From: a virus
Lineage: Duplodnaviria > Heunggongvirae > Uroviricota > Caudoviricetes
Reading direction: 5' to 3' (one strand)
IMG/VR virus record: IMGVR_UViG_3300042473_000506
DNA: 64,000 nucleotides
In this document: piece after piece, positions 34,562 through 44,343 of the stretch
Numbering within the stretch: the stretch's first letter is position 1
Layout: each line of letters starts with the position of its first letter
Translations under genes and position numbers: made by a program
Notes under the pieces: model-generated
What the model was told of the DNA's origin: nothing
Databases searched by the model: none
Seen by the model: the letters and a program-made list of their open reading frames with translations, nothing else

Positions 34562-34696
34562 AATATCTCCTTTGTGTGTGAAATGAAAAATTTGCAGAAT
34601 TATTCTGCGTGTGTTTATTGTACAGTTATTTACAATAGCAATCAACTAAAAACTCATGGTTTTCCATTGATTTTTCCTATGTCAATAATAGGTTAT

Positions 34697-34915
34697 TCAA
34701 AAATCAAATAATCTTCGTTTCGGTGCGACGAAGTCTTTGGCAATTCTAGCACCTTCTAATCTCACAGCAGGATCTCGACTGTTAAGCATCTCGTTAATCA
34801 GTGCTGTCTTTGCCATGTCGTTCATAGTTTTATCACGACTGACACTTTTCTCTACATCTGGATTTGTTGCACATCCCGTTAAGAGCAGTGCTGTAATAAT
34901 TATAATTGATTTCAT
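34697..34915 (-). CDS. Small lipoprotein
   Basis: Lipobox LLTGC. Confidence 0.7.
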   Translation of the reverse strand: MKSIIIITALLLTGCATNPDVEKSVSRDKTMNDMAKTALINEMLNSRDPAVRLEGARIAKDFVAPKRRLFDF

Positions 34916-34916
34916 A

Positions 34917-35165
34917 TTATGTTTCTTTTAATTTAAATTTGATGTCTTTATGTTTGACTATGATAAACAAAGTTATTTTATCATTAACTCGTATAGGCAA
35001 ATCTAAGTGTATAGTTACTTCCGGCCCGTCGATGTCGTTAATTTTGCGGTCATTACCTACTGTACCAACAAATGGGATTTTATTATAGTGACCAAATACA
35101 CGATCACCTATGTTATAGGTATGCTTGTATCCAATCTTGTTAAAATAATCAGTTTGATTGCCCAT
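34917..35165 (-). CDS. Hypothetical
   Basis: ORF, likely start MGNQ. Confidence 0.6.
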   Translation of the reverse strand: MGNQTDYFNKIGYKHTYNIGDRVFGHYNKIPFVGTVGNDRKINDIDGPEVTIHLDLPIRVNDKITLFIIVKHKDIKFKLKET

Positions 35166-35442
35166 ATACTTTCCAACAGTTATTTTCAACGTCCCAATGA
35201 CGATTGTCATAAAGAGTTGCGTTAATGCTGTAGCCAAACAGACCCAGACCTAATGTTGCACCAGAATGGTCGCATCGTGTTCTTACTGTAAAATCAAATT
35301 CTACAATGCAACCATTTTTAAGCAGCTCGAACTCCCAATGCTTATTTTTAAAAGGAGTAGCACCATGCCAATGTCGGATGTTCTTAAAACTCTTCCAACC
35401 TTTAAATCGAGGATTCTGTATGGCAAAGGTAATCGCTATCAT
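35149..35442 (-). CDS. Hypothetical
   Basis: Coupled ORF. Confidence 0.6.
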   Translation of the reverse strand: MIAITFAIQNPRFKGWKSFKNIRHWHGATPFKNKHWEFELLKNGCIVEFDFTVRTRCDHSGATLGLGLFGYSINATLYDNRHWDVENNCWKVYGQSN

Positions 35443-35759
35443 TCGTCATCCTCATCGAGATCTCCGTCATGCATATGTCCGATAATATCTTCATCGTCTA
35501 GTGTTGCACCTAGCATCCGAATGAGCCTAAGAACATCAGGGGGTCCTAGACTTAAAGTCATACTGGTTACATCAGTATGTAGAGTTAAAGTAGTTGATCC
35601 TGTTTCATTGTCGTAACCTACTCTATAGTGATCACGAAATTGATTTTTTGGAATATTAGGAATAGGAGGGATTGGATTAATTTTATTTTCCATATTTGTA
35701 TACCCGTGATTTTGGTTCTCGTCTCTAGAGTTTTTAAAATTTTTAAACCAGTCAAACAT
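35439..35759 (-). CDS. Hypothetical
   Basis: Coupled ORF. Confidence 0.6.
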   Translation of the reverse strand: MFDWFKNFKNSRDENQNHGYTNMENKINPIPPIPNIPKNQFRDHYRVGYDNETGSTTLTLHTDVTSMTLSLGPPDVLRLIRMLGATLDDEDIIGHMHDGDLDEDDE

Positions 35760-35828
35760 ATTAACGTCCTAGATTATCTTGGTCAGCGGCAGGAATGTCA
35801 GACCCAGGCGTTGCCAAATTTATCCAAA

Positions 35829-36110
35829 TTAAGATTCTGGATTAACTACAGAAATACCCTGATTTTGGAAATACATGATTAGAAATCGTTTAGCGGCCTG
35901 TGCATCAGATTTGCTTAGATTTTGGATAACTGTTTCAACTCTTACCAATTCTCCTGCTCGAATCTTTTGGTAAGTCTTGCTCATAACATCTAGAGATGCT
36001 TGTGCCCAAGACTCGTGAATTTCTACTTTGTTTTCGCCCACGTTTTTGCGGGCGTGAATACCGATTGAGCCGTCTCGGTAGTGACGAATTAATACATTAT
36101 GTTCTTTCAT
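35829..36110 (-). CDS. Hypothetical
   Basis: SD GGAG. Confidence 0.65.
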   Translation of the reverse strand: MKEHNVLIRHYRDGSIGIHARKNVGENKVEIHESWAQASLDVMSKTYQKIRAGELVRVETVIQNLSKSDAQAAKRFLIMYFQNQGISVVNPES

Positions 36111-36155
36111 ACAATTTCTCCTTGTAAAATGCCGTTTCTCACAGCATAAAATTTA

Positions 36156-36257
36156 TTAACGCTTTTTTGCGGCTCGACGAGCCATTTCGTTTACAGTCTT
36201 TGGCTTTGGGGGCTTTTTGCCTTTTAAGATTTGACTGACTTTGCGTGGGCTTGGCAT
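36156..36257 (-). CDS. 33-aa basic peptide
   Basis: MPSPRKVSQILKGKKPPKPKTVNEMARRAAKKR. Confidence 0.6.
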   Translation of the reverse strand: MPSPRKVSQILKGKKPPKPKTVNEMARRAAKKR

Positions 36258-36260
36258 AAG

Positions 36261-36338
36261 TTATTTCCTTTTTTTGACAATTCGACGTGCAGTAGCACGT
36301 ACTGATCGAGGATGATGTGCTCTAAATTTAGCCATCAT
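36261..36338 (-). CDS. 25-aa basic peptide
   Basis: MMAKFRAHHPRSVRATARRIVKKRK; ATGA coupling. Confidence 0.6.
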   Translation of the reverse strand: MMAKFRAHHPRSVRATARRIVKKRK

Positions 36339-36409
36339 TTTTTCTTTCTAAGTTGGCGGCGAACTGCAACTTTAATTGGACTTGTTGCCCTATCTGATCT
36401 ACGTGCCAT
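36335..36409 (-). CDS. 24-aa basic peptide
   Basis: MARRSDRATSPIKVAVRRQLRKKK; SD AAGGAG. Confidence 0.65.
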   Translation of the reverse strand: MARRSDRATSPIKVAVRRQLRKKK

Positions 36410-36433
36410 GATTATCTCCTTGTGTTTAGTGTA

Positions 36434-36973
36434 TTATTTATTGTTCAAGTTGTCAATGTTTAATTTACCCAAACTTTCTAGGTAGATGATTAACTTTTGT
36501 TGCTCATCTGACGACATATCTTGATAAAGATCAATGATAGTGGCTCTGCGTTCTTTATCCGAATTAGTATTTCCTCTATTTTCATTCAGACGCCTGCATC
36601 GGATACGTAGATTTCCTGGAACATCCTTGCCGCCGAGACTTTTTGGAACAATATGGTCTAGATTAGGAACATGCAGATAATCTGAGGTAATCAAATTTTT
36701 GCCCTTGCCCCAATCGTAATAATATTCATTTACTCCGTCAGTCCATTTTATTGAATTCTCTTTATGATCTTCAATAAATTGATCTGCTTGCTCTCTAGTC
36801 CATTTATATTCTTTTGCGTAATAACCGTAGACTGCTAGTTTAAAAAGAATAAACGGGTCGTCATGGTTATCACATACATAGTCATAAAGCTCGCCTGTAA
36901 AATAGGTACCTTCTTCACGCCCAGTAAAGAGGGACCTATTAGTTATAGCCTTGTTGATATCAATGTGGTTCAT
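36434..36973 (-). CDS. HNH-type nuclease
   Basis: DHIVPKSLGG..NL...C...N..RGN. Confidence 0.75.
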   Translation of the reverse strand: MNHIDINKAITNRSLFTGREEGTYFTGELYDYVCDNHDDPFILFKLAVYGYYAKEYKWTREQADQFIEDHKENSIKWTDGVNEYYYDWGKGKNLITSDYLHVPNLDHIVPKSLGGKDVPGNLRIRCRRLNENRGNTNSDKERRATIIDLYQDMSSDEQQKLIIYLESLGKLNIDNLNNK

Positions 36974-38190
36974 GGCTTCTTAGGAATTGCTTTAAATCCT
37001 GCAAGTGCAACTTCAACATCTTGTCCATTGTAATTAATTGGTGCCCAATTAATTGTAGGATGTACAATTTTGCACAATTTACCAATACCGGCCGCAAGAT
37101 ATCTTGGCTCGGAGCAGTCTAGAAACTTACCGGCTTTAGCATTATTTTCCAAAAACTCACGAAATACTTTTTTAATATCTAAGTGCATGCCACTACGAAC
37201 TGGATCTGTGTACTTGTAAGTAATTGCTTCCTGAATGTTCCAATCCAACTCCATTGAATCAGAGATGGGTCCGTTGTTTTCTTGTTCACGCAAGTATTCC
37301 ATAATTCCCCACGCATTTGCAGTAGAGAACGGTGCTTTGGCAAATATAGAACATACTATTCCCACCGCACGTTCGTAGATGTCGGCTCCGTAAACATCGT
37401 AGTATTTTAGCATGTTACCCACGCCTGTACATTCTTTTGGTAACACATTATCCGTGCCTTTACCTTTTTCTACAAATCGACTTCCGTATCGAGCATGAAT
37501 GTCAAACACATGTTCACATTTGATATCTTCGGCAATTAAATCAGTTCGACCTTCTGCCTTACGTACTTGATTTCGTCGAACCTTAATTCGAAACTCGTCA
37601 AAAGGGCTAGCAGACAATGTATGCAGATTGTCTGTTGCATACAGGTCAACGTCTACACTTTCAAAATCACTAACTTTCCATTCTACCGGAACTTCACGTA
37701 CCCCAATAATAATACATGCAAGTGTTCGATGTTGACCATTATTAAGATTGTAAGTACCGTCACTGAGCTGCCGAGCCAGTCCCATTAATACATGACTAGG
37801 CTCAAATTCAAAGAGGATGTCCTGCAATAGATGGCGTAACTGAATGCCGCGCTGAACAGAATTGTTTTTATATGCCTTGGCAGTGTGAATATAATGAGAA
37901 GGGTCGCGGAAAATTCCCCCATTTGACAAGGACATACACCAGTTAAGGTCAATACCATTTAGTGCCTTGGTATTCTTTAGTATTAACAGAATCTTGTTTG
38001 CAACCTGATAAAAGCTAGGACGTGGGCCAAGGTCGTCTGTTTCTACATATTCCGGTACTTTATCTAAAATAGCCTCTTTCTCAGCAGGAGTGAGTTTAGA
38101 AATATGTTTTCGAGCAGTGCGTGGTCCAAAAATTTGAATTAAGTCTTGCCCAAAATTATCTTTAGGGTCAGCATGTTGATTAAAAGCCAT
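36970..38190 (-). CDS. DGQHR/DUF262-like (ParB-fold) protein
   Basis: VQRG....L, YNLNNGQHRT motif. Confidence 0.5.
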   Translation of the reverse strand: MAFNQHADPKDNFGQDLIQIFGPRTARKHISKLTPAEKEAILDKVPEYVETDDLGPRPSFYQVANKILLILKNTKALNGIDLNWCMSLSNGGIFRDPSHYIHTAKAYKNNSVQRGIQLRHLLQDILFEFEPSHVLMGLARQLSDGTYNLNNGQHRTLACIIIGVREVPVEWKVSDFESVDVDLYATDNLHTLSASPFDEFRIKVRRNQVRKAEGRTDLIAEDIKCEHVFDIHARYGSRFVEKGKGTDNVLPKECTGVGNMLKYYDVYGADIYERAVGIVCSIFAKAPFSTANAWGIMEYLREQENNGPISDSMELDWNIQEAITYKYTDPVRSGMHLDIKKVFREFLENNAKAGKFLDCSEPRYLAAGIGKLCKIVHPTINWAPINYNGQDVEVALAGFKAIPKKP

Positions 38191-38263
38191 ATCAAATCCT
38201 TTTGTGTGTAAGTCTTTATTATACAAGAAAAAACCAGTCCTGTCAAGAACTGGTTTATCCAAA

Positions 38264-38794
38264 TTATCTAGGACGGATCTTCATTTTACTGTAGATATTT
38301 TGGACACCTACTGCTTGTCGGATAGCATCTTGCAGAGCATCGTGTTTCCCACCTTTGGGCATGTCCGGATCAAATCCTAGATCAAACAGAGTGCGAGTGT
38401 CGCGTAACTGCCAATAATTCCACGGCAACGGCTTACCAAGTTGGCGATAGATGTTTTCGATAATTACTAAGTCAAAGGTAGCACCGTGTGACCAAAATGC
38501 ATCACATCCCCAAGCAAACTTGTGAAACTGGTCCATTGCATCCGCAAGTGGAATTCGATTGTCTGGACTAAAGGCTTCTTCCATAATAACCGGATCTTGT
38601 TTACTCCACCAATCTAGTGTGTTTGGGTCAATTTCTCTACCCAATTTATCTTGGTCGTCGAGGTCAACACGGAAATAAATCTTCTCTCCATATCCGTTGC
38701 CCCAGGGATTAAAGTGTACAGCGCCTAAACTAAGGACAACTGCGTTTGGGGAGACAGCCATAGTCTCCATATCAATCATTAAGTGTTTTGCCAT
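38264..38794 (-). CDS. DEDD 3'-5' exonuclease (Rv2179c-like)
   Basis: MIDMET, W..GA.FD..I, RDTRT, HDAL.DA. Confidence 0.88.
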   Translation of the reverse strand: MAKHLMIDMETMAVSPNAVVLSLGAVHFNPWGNGYGEKIYFRVDLDDQDKLGREIDPNTLDWWSKQDPVIMEEAFSPDNRIPLADAMDQFHKFAWGCDAFWSHGATFDLVIIENIYRQLGKPLPWNYWQLRDTRTLFDLGFDPDMPKGGKHDALQDAIRQAVGVQNIYSKMKIRPR

Positions 38795-38800
38795 ACTGTA

Positions 38801-38829
38801 AGTATAACACACTTAATGATCTTTGTCAA
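38801..38829 (-). promoter_or_regulatory. sigma70 promoter
   Basis: TTGACA-17-TATACT. Confidence 0.75.
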
Positions 38830-39059
38830 TACATTTTTTTAGGTAGTTCGTTATCGCGTAGTTTCTTTTGCCAACGAGATTTAGCTGCGCCTTTTTTTCG
38901 CTTTCTTTCGGTAGTTGGTTTTTCGTAAAACATTTTAGATCGGAGTGTTTCTAGTACTCCACTATCTTCTACCTTTTGTTTGAATTTTCTTAATGCCACA
39001 TTTAATGGCAAGTCGCCAACGATAACTTTATTACCGACTGCTTTATTTTGTTTGCTCAT
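38826..39059 (-). CDS. rpsU: Ribosomal protein bS21
   Basis: ALRKFK.KV...G....R..FYEKPT.ERKR. Confidence 0.9.
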   Translation of the reverse strand: MSKQNKAVGNKVIVGDLPLNVALRKFKQKVEDSGVLETLRSKMFYEKPTTERKRKKGAAKSRWQKKLRDNELPKKMY

Positions 39060-40272
39060 TTTTCTTTTTATCAAAAATCATTATGGCAGGTTTGCCATCA
39101 ATCGTATCTTTACTTATGCGAATAGCTGTTAAACCTCGAGCAACTAAGTCAACTGCATCAAATTGATATGGCAGCAATGTTTTTTCGATGATGTTTTTAA
39201 GTCCCCTAGCATTAGTTTTGAGATCTTTGGCTTTACGGGCAATTTCTTTTAGAGCTTGAATTTCAAATTCTAATTTAATACCATCTAACTCAAACATATA
39301 CTGATATTGTTTAACTGGGCTATTTTTAGTTTCAGTAAGGATATTGACTAGTTGATCCTCTGACAATTCGTCTACATTAGTAATAAGCCCAAATCGTCCT
39401 ACAAACTCGGGAATAAGACCGTATTTGATAAGATCTTTTGTACTGATGTCTTGTAGAACACTTGCGTCTTCGTCGATGTTGTCTACATTTGCATGGAATC
39501 CGACTGACTTTGCACCCTTACGCTGTTTAATGATTTTGTCCAAGCCTACAAATGCTCCACCGCATATAAACAATATACCCCTAGTGTCAATTTCCTGCAT
39601 ATCACTTCCGGGATGTTTTCGTTTACCAGTCGATGGCACTCGCATAATCGATCCCTCGATCATTTTCAACAAGGCCTGTTGTACACCTTCTCCACTAACA
39701 TCTCGGCTAATACTAACATTTTCGCCCTTCTTGGAAATTTTATCAATTTCGTCAATGTAGACAATGCCACGAGCCGCTTTATCAAGATCACCATCTGCTT
39801 CGTTGATTAATCTTGTTAAAATGCTCTCAACATCATCACCGACATAACCTGCTTCTGTAATACCTGTGGCATCACATATGGCAAAAGGTAATTCTAAATA
39901 TTGTGCAATTTTACGTGCCATCATGGTCTTACCGCAGCCCGTGGGTCCTAACAATAACACGTTGGTTTTCTCGAGCTCAATATCTTTACTAGGATTATTG
40001 ATGCGTTTGTAATGCTGACTAACTGCAACACTAAGGCTAATTTTAGCATCATCCTGTCCTATAACGTACTCGTCAAGATAGTCTTTGATAGCAACAGGAT
40101 TTAGAAGTTTAGAAGGTTCAGCAACTTTTTCTTTTTTGTCTTTTAGTATATCGACACAAAGGTCTACGCACTCGTTACAAATAGCCGCATGTTCACCTAC
40201 GATCAGTTTCTCGACATCTTCTTTGCTCTTTCCGCAGAAGTCACAAGAGTGATCACTTTCTGTTTTGTTCAT
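39043..40272 (-). CDS. clpX: ATP-dependent unfoldase ClpX
   Basis: CDFCGK zinc domain, GPTGCGKT, EAGYVGDD, RDVSGEGVQQALLK. Confidence 0.95.
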   Translation of the reverse strand: MNKTESDHSCDFCGKSKEDVEKLIVGEHAAICNECVDLCVDILKDKKEKVAEPSKLLNPVAIKDYLDEYVIGQDDAKISLSVAVSQHYKRINNPSKDIELEKTNVLLLGPTGCGKTMMARKIAQYLELPFAICDATGITEAGYVGDDVESILTRLINEADGDLDKAARGIVYIDEIDKISKKGENVSISRDVSGEGVQQALLKMIEGSIMRVPSTGKRKHPGSDMQEIDTRGILFICGGAFVGLDKIIKQRKGAKSVGFHANVDNIDEDASVLQDISTKDLIKYGLIPEFVGRFGLITNVDELSEDQLVNILTETKNSPVKQYQYMFELDGIKLEFEIQALKEIARKAKDLKTNARGLKNIIEKTLLPYQFDAVDLVARGLTAIRISKDTIDGKPAIMIFDKKKNEQTK

Positions 40273-40654
40273 TGAATGCCTTTTCTAAAAATGTTTCAAT
40301 ATTAGTTATCCGATCTTGGTTTATGTAGTGATAAACTGCGGACAGGCTTTCATCATCAACTTTATAGAATGTATTCTTTTTCCCTACAATGTATCCACTG
40401 AGTGATCGAGTGACATCATTAACTTCGTTGAGATCGATGTATTTGTAATCGCATCTAGCCAACGCATGAAAGAGCCAAGGTAAATCTATTTCGTGATCGT
40501 AGAAGTATACATTAATATGTTCTTCGATGTCTGATTCAGCTAACCATTTACTAACTAATTGTTGATCGGAATCGCTTAGATGCATAAACAGTACACTATA
40601 CGAATCATTTTCAAAAATGTCGGGAGGGGTGATGAGTGTAATTTTTCCGTTCAT
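40253..40654 (-). CDS. Hypothetical
   Basis: Coupled ORF. Confidence 0.7.
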   Translation of the reverse strand: MNGKITLITPPDIFENDSYSVLFMHLSDSDQQLVSKWLAESDIEEHINVYFYDHEIDLPWLFHALARCDYKYIDLNEVNDVTRSLSGYIVGKKNTFYKVDDESLSAVYHYINQDRITNIETFLEKAFNEQNRK

Positions 40655-41928
40655 TATCTTCTCGCTCTGATATCTAATAAAAGATGTTCTGGAATATCTG
40701 CCATTGTAATTTCTTTGTTTCTAAGTTTTGTCAACCACTCGTTAAGTGTTGCTTCCTGTCTGCTAATTTCTGTATATTCTTCCTGACTAATAGCTTTAGC
40801 TGTTTTAGTCCATAGGCCACTATTTGACTGTTCTTCGTTTTGAACAAATAGCGGTTCTTCTAGAACCTGTAATTCTGTTTCGGGCGCAACTGCTGAGCGA
40901 TCATTCATTCTTTCTAGTTCGGGCTTATACACCATAGGTGCTAGATCTTTGAAATGTACAAACGGCTCTAACAGATAAGGATGGTGTGCTAAAATAGATG
41001 TGACAGTGGTTGCCGTGGAGACTACGTCATCAATCGGACCTGTTGGGCTGTCACCCTCCGTAGTCTCTTGTTGTTCTGTAACAGTAGGCGGCTCTGGGTC
41101 TACGACCTCGGTGGTCCCTCCGGGGCTGTTACCCTCCACTAATTCCTTTTTACGGTCACGGAAATTCTGGAAACTGATCTGACTAGCTAACAATAAGATA
41201 ACTGCCAACGGATCAAATACCACAATAAGAACAATAATTACCCATGTAACTGCTTTTTCCAAAATTGTAGGATCTGTTTCACCGTAGACAAACTGTGCAA
41301 TATATTTTATCGGACCAACTTCTGCTTCAACCTTGCGTACTTCGGCTGCAATTGGCGCACGTTCTTCGCTAATAGAGGTAATAGTTTTCTGTTCGGCTTG
41401 GATCTCAGATTGAAGGCGGGCACGCTCTTTTTGTTGTGCGCGGCGTATAGCAACTGCCTTGTCGGCACCCGTTTCCGAACTGCTTCTTGCCATGACTTGG
41501 TCCACAGCCTCATCCATCTGTTTAAGCGCCTTACGGTTTGCATCTATATTTTCCTTTGCGGTTTTTATCTTTTCATCGTAGACTGCAATCTTACTCTGCA
41601 CGTCACCCGACACTAAACTTTGGTCACTGTGAGCCTGGCTGAGGAATCCAAAAATTCCCATCGAAGTAACGCCCATGAGAACAGCAATGGCAGTCAGCAG
41701 GTATGTTCTAACTAACCAGTGTGCAATTTTCCAATTTTGTTTGAGCCAAAGAGTAGCAGCAATCTTACCAATGCCCAATACAATGCCCATAATGATTACG
41801 GGAATTTGGGCGGCGGCAAAGATTGCAGTAAAGCCGATGATACTGTAGAATTCGGCGACTAGGCTGATAGCGAGACCGCTAAACAGTGCAAGATAGGCTA
41901 TTAGTTTTTCATTTAATGTTACAGGCAT
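40654..41928 (-). CDS. Membrane protein with coiled coil
   Basis: 3 N-terminal TM, coiled coil, further TM. Confidence 0.75.
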   Translation of the reverse strand: MPVTLNEKLIAYLALFSGLAISLVAEFYSIIGFTAIFAAAQIPVIIMGIVLGIGKIAATLWLKQNWKIAHWLVRTYLLTAIAVLMGVTSMGIFGFLSQAHSDQSLVSGDVQSKIAVYDEKIKTAKENIDANRKALKQMDEAVDQVMARSSSETGADKAVAIRRAQQKERARLQSEIQAEQKTITSISEERAPIAAEVRKVEAEVGPIKYIAQFVYGETDPTILEKAVTWVIIVLIVVFDPLAVILLLASQISFQNFRDRKKELVEGNSPGGTTEVVDPEPPTVTEQQETTEGDSPTGPIDDVVSTATTVTSILAHHPYLLEPFVHFKDLAPMVYKPELERMNDRSAVAPETELQVLEEPLFVQNEEQSNSGLWTKTAKAISQEEYTEISRQEATLNEWLTKLRNKEITMADIPEHLLLDIRARR

Positions 41929-41937
41929 AGATGATAT

Positions 41938-42330
41938 TTATCGACGCATGTTGGCAATGGCCACAGCTTCCTCATCGCTAAAAATAGGCACAGCATTGCT
42001 CTTATGCATAGTACCGATACCTTTAATTTTAGTGCCTGTATAGACCTTAGCTGGTGCCAGTGCGGCAACGCCTGCTCCGGAATTTAAACTTTTGATGTGA
42101 TGAGTATTTGTCCTACCAACAGGTGTCGGTAATGAATATGACAATGTCTCTGCACTCATTGCTCGTTTACGCTTTTTGTCCTCTGCCTCTACTCCCCATT
42201 TCTTTTGGAGGGTGTTCCATTGCTCATCGAGCTCACGTGCCTTACGTGCTTCTTCAGCATTACGGAATTTGACTTTGCCCTTCTTCTTGCCGTTAAGACT
42301 AAGGCTAGGGTGATGCAGATGCATTGACAT
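41938..42330 (-). CDS. Conserved T4-like phage hypothetical
   Basis: YTGTKIKGIGTMHKSNAVP. Confidence 0.75.
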   Translation of the reverse strand: MSMHLHHPSLSLNGKKKGKVKFRNAEEARKARELDEQWNTLQKKWGVEAEDKKRKRAMSAETLSYSLPTPVGRTNTHHIKSLNSGAGVAALAPAKVYTGTKIKGIGTMHKSNAVPIFSDEEAVAIANMRR

Positions 42331-42662
42331 TATGCAAGCTCAGTTTGAGGGAAGTTGATAGGATTGGCAGTATTTGATGCATGTGACTCAAATGTCTTTT
42401 GAACCTTGCTAGGGATACCTGTAAATCGTGCTACAGTACCATTGGGATTAATTTTAAGCGAACCGGCTACTACCCAAATTTGTTTGCCAGCTGGGTCAAT
42501 ACCTGCTAACTTTCGTACTACACCGTTAATCAATCCAGTTGCGGTATCCTTGCCTCTGTTCCATTGATATGTAGTATCTTTATTAAACCAAATCTGTTCA
42601 TCTTTAGATTGGGCAATGCACCAAAGTTTCAATTGTGTAAGTGTATGTTCAGCATTATTCAT
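42330..42662 (-). CDS. Hypothetical
   Basis: Coupled ORF. Confidence 0.7.
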   Translation of the reverse strand: MNNAEHTLTQLKLWCIAQSKDEQIWFNKDTTYQWNRGKDTATGLINGVVRKLAGIDPAGKQIWVVAGSLKINPNGTVARFTGIPSKVQKTFESHASNTANPINFPQTELA

Positions 42663-42805
42663 AGAACCTCCTAATGTGTATGTCTATGCACTACTATACA
42701 ACAAAACTGGTTTTATTGCAACCGAAAATTTTACCAAAAGAAAAGCACCCGAAGGTGCCAGTGCTGACTACTTATCACATTATACGCCGTCAGCCGGCGA
42801 GTATC

Positions 42806-43810
42806 TTATTTGATCTGTGTCCAAACACGTTCACGGATCTGCTTTGTCAAGCTGTCAGGCAATGCCACATAGTCTAGGTCGGCAGCATCTTTCTTACCAT
42901 TCTTGAATGCCCAATCAAAGAACTTTAATACTTCGTCACTAGTAGCTTTGTTAGCAGGAGTTTTGTACATGATGATAAAACTTGCTGAACTCACTGGCCA
43001 TGCATTGGGATTCTTTTGATCCACGATGCTAAGTCCCATACCTGGAACACTGAACCAATCAGCACCATCTGCTGCGGCAGCAAATGTCAAGTCGTCCGGG
43101 CTTACATACTTGCCACTCTTGTTTTGTAGTTGCAGGAATGTCATGTTGTTTTTCTTAACATAAGCATACTCTACATAACCAATTGAACCTTTGATTCTGT
43201 TCACATTGGCAGCAACACCTTCATTGCCCTTGCCACCTACTGAAGTGGCTGCTGGCCACTTGACTGCGGCGCCACGACCCACACGTTGTAGCCACTCAGG
43301 GCTTACTGTGGCCAAGTAATCGGTCCAGTTGAATGTTGTACCTGAACCATCAGCACGATGAACAATGGTGATGTTCTCGTTAGGTAGGTTCTTGCCTGGA
43401 TTTAATGCAGCCAGTTTAGGGTCATTCCACTTGGTGATGTTGCCCATAAACACTTCAGCCATAACTGGACCAGTGATGCGTAGTTCTCCGGGTTTGAATC
43501 CGTCTAAGTTTACCACAGGAACTGTGCCGCCAATGATAGCAGGAAATTGAACCTGTCCGTTCTTGTCCAAGTTCTCACCGCTTACCGGAGCATCTGTTGC
43601 ACCAAAGTCAACGGTCTTTGCATTGATTTGACGAATGCCACCCGAACTTCCGATGCTTTGATAGTTCATGCCTGTACCTGTGGCTTTTTTGTAGCCTTCA
43701 GCCCACTTGGCATAGATTGGGAATGGGAAGGTAGCTCCGGCACCTGTAATGTCTGCGGCTTGTGCTGACACTGCTACGGCTGCAAATAGAATAGCAAATA
43801 ATTTTTTCAC
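42806..43810 (-). CDS. pstS: Phosphate-binding protein PstS
   Basis: GAGATFP, YQSIGSSGG, RADGSGTT; GTG start with SD GGAG. Confidence 0.95.
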   Translation of the reverse strand: MKKLFAILFAAVAVSAQAADITGAGATFPFPIYAKWAEGYKKATGTGMNYQSIGSSGGIRQINAKTVDFGATDAPVSGENLDKNGQVQFPAIIGGTVPVVNLDGFKPGELRITGPVMAEVFMGNITKWNDPKLAALNPGKNLPNENITIVHRADGSGTTFNWTDYLATVSPEWLQRVGRGAAVKWPAATSVGGKGNEGVAANVNRIKGSIGYVEYAYVKKNNMTFLQLQNKSGKYVSPDDLTFAAAADGADWFSVPGMGLSIVDQKNPNAWPVSSASFIIMYKTPANKATSDEVLKFFDWAFKNGKKDAADLDYVALPDSLTKQIRERVWTQIK

Positions 43811-43855
43811 TGTAAGTCTCCTTGTGTTTGTGATATTAATATTTAAACACAAAAC

Positions 43856-43877
43856 GATTACAATATGATTACAATTT
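43856..43877 (-). promoter_or_regulatory. Pho-box-like direct repeat
   Basis: TTGTAATC repeated with 11-bp period upstream of pstS. Confidence 0.6.
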
Positions 43878-43892
43878 TAAGAAATTTTTGCC

Positions 43893-43919
43893 AAAAAGAA
43901 ACCCGCCGAAGCGGGTTCT
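43893..43919 (-). terminator. Rho-independent terminator after tmRNA
   Basis: AACCCGC-TTCG-GCGGGTT + T tract. Confidence 0.88.
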
Positions 43920-44337
43920 GCTATTTTGGGTGACAAGGTATAACTACCTCGTGGAGATCACGCTGCTAGGCGGTCTTCTCCAAAGTATGCATCGTTTGCA
44001 TTTAGGTTTTTTGCTTCTGCGACCGGGTCACCCCAATCCTAACGGCTTCTACATTGCCGGACTGTCCATTTCAATACTCTTGACCCAATCGATCCTGTGT
44101 CAGGCCCATTATAAAACATACTCACCCGAATGGACATTGTCACCTCCGCCTACTGTCGGAAATATGTTTTATGGTGGACCTGGCGGGCACTGCCCCCGCG
44201 TCTTGAATCCTTTTCTGTCTACTTCATACAGTCTTAACTTTTAACAGACTTCCCAGGGTGTGTTTGGCCTCTGCTAAGCCTGCAGGAATCTCACCTACTG
44301 CATATCTGCTACGCAAACTTGCCCCTGCGAAAGTCTA
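43920..44337 (-). ncRNA. ssrA: Circularly permuted (two-piece) tmRNA
   Basis: Acceptor piece ends CAGGTCCACCA at 44172; coding piece starts GGGCCTG at 44107 (G3:U70); tag ORF 43999-43958 = ANDAYFGEDRLAA*. Confidence 0.9.
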
Positions 44338-44343
44338 TTATTT

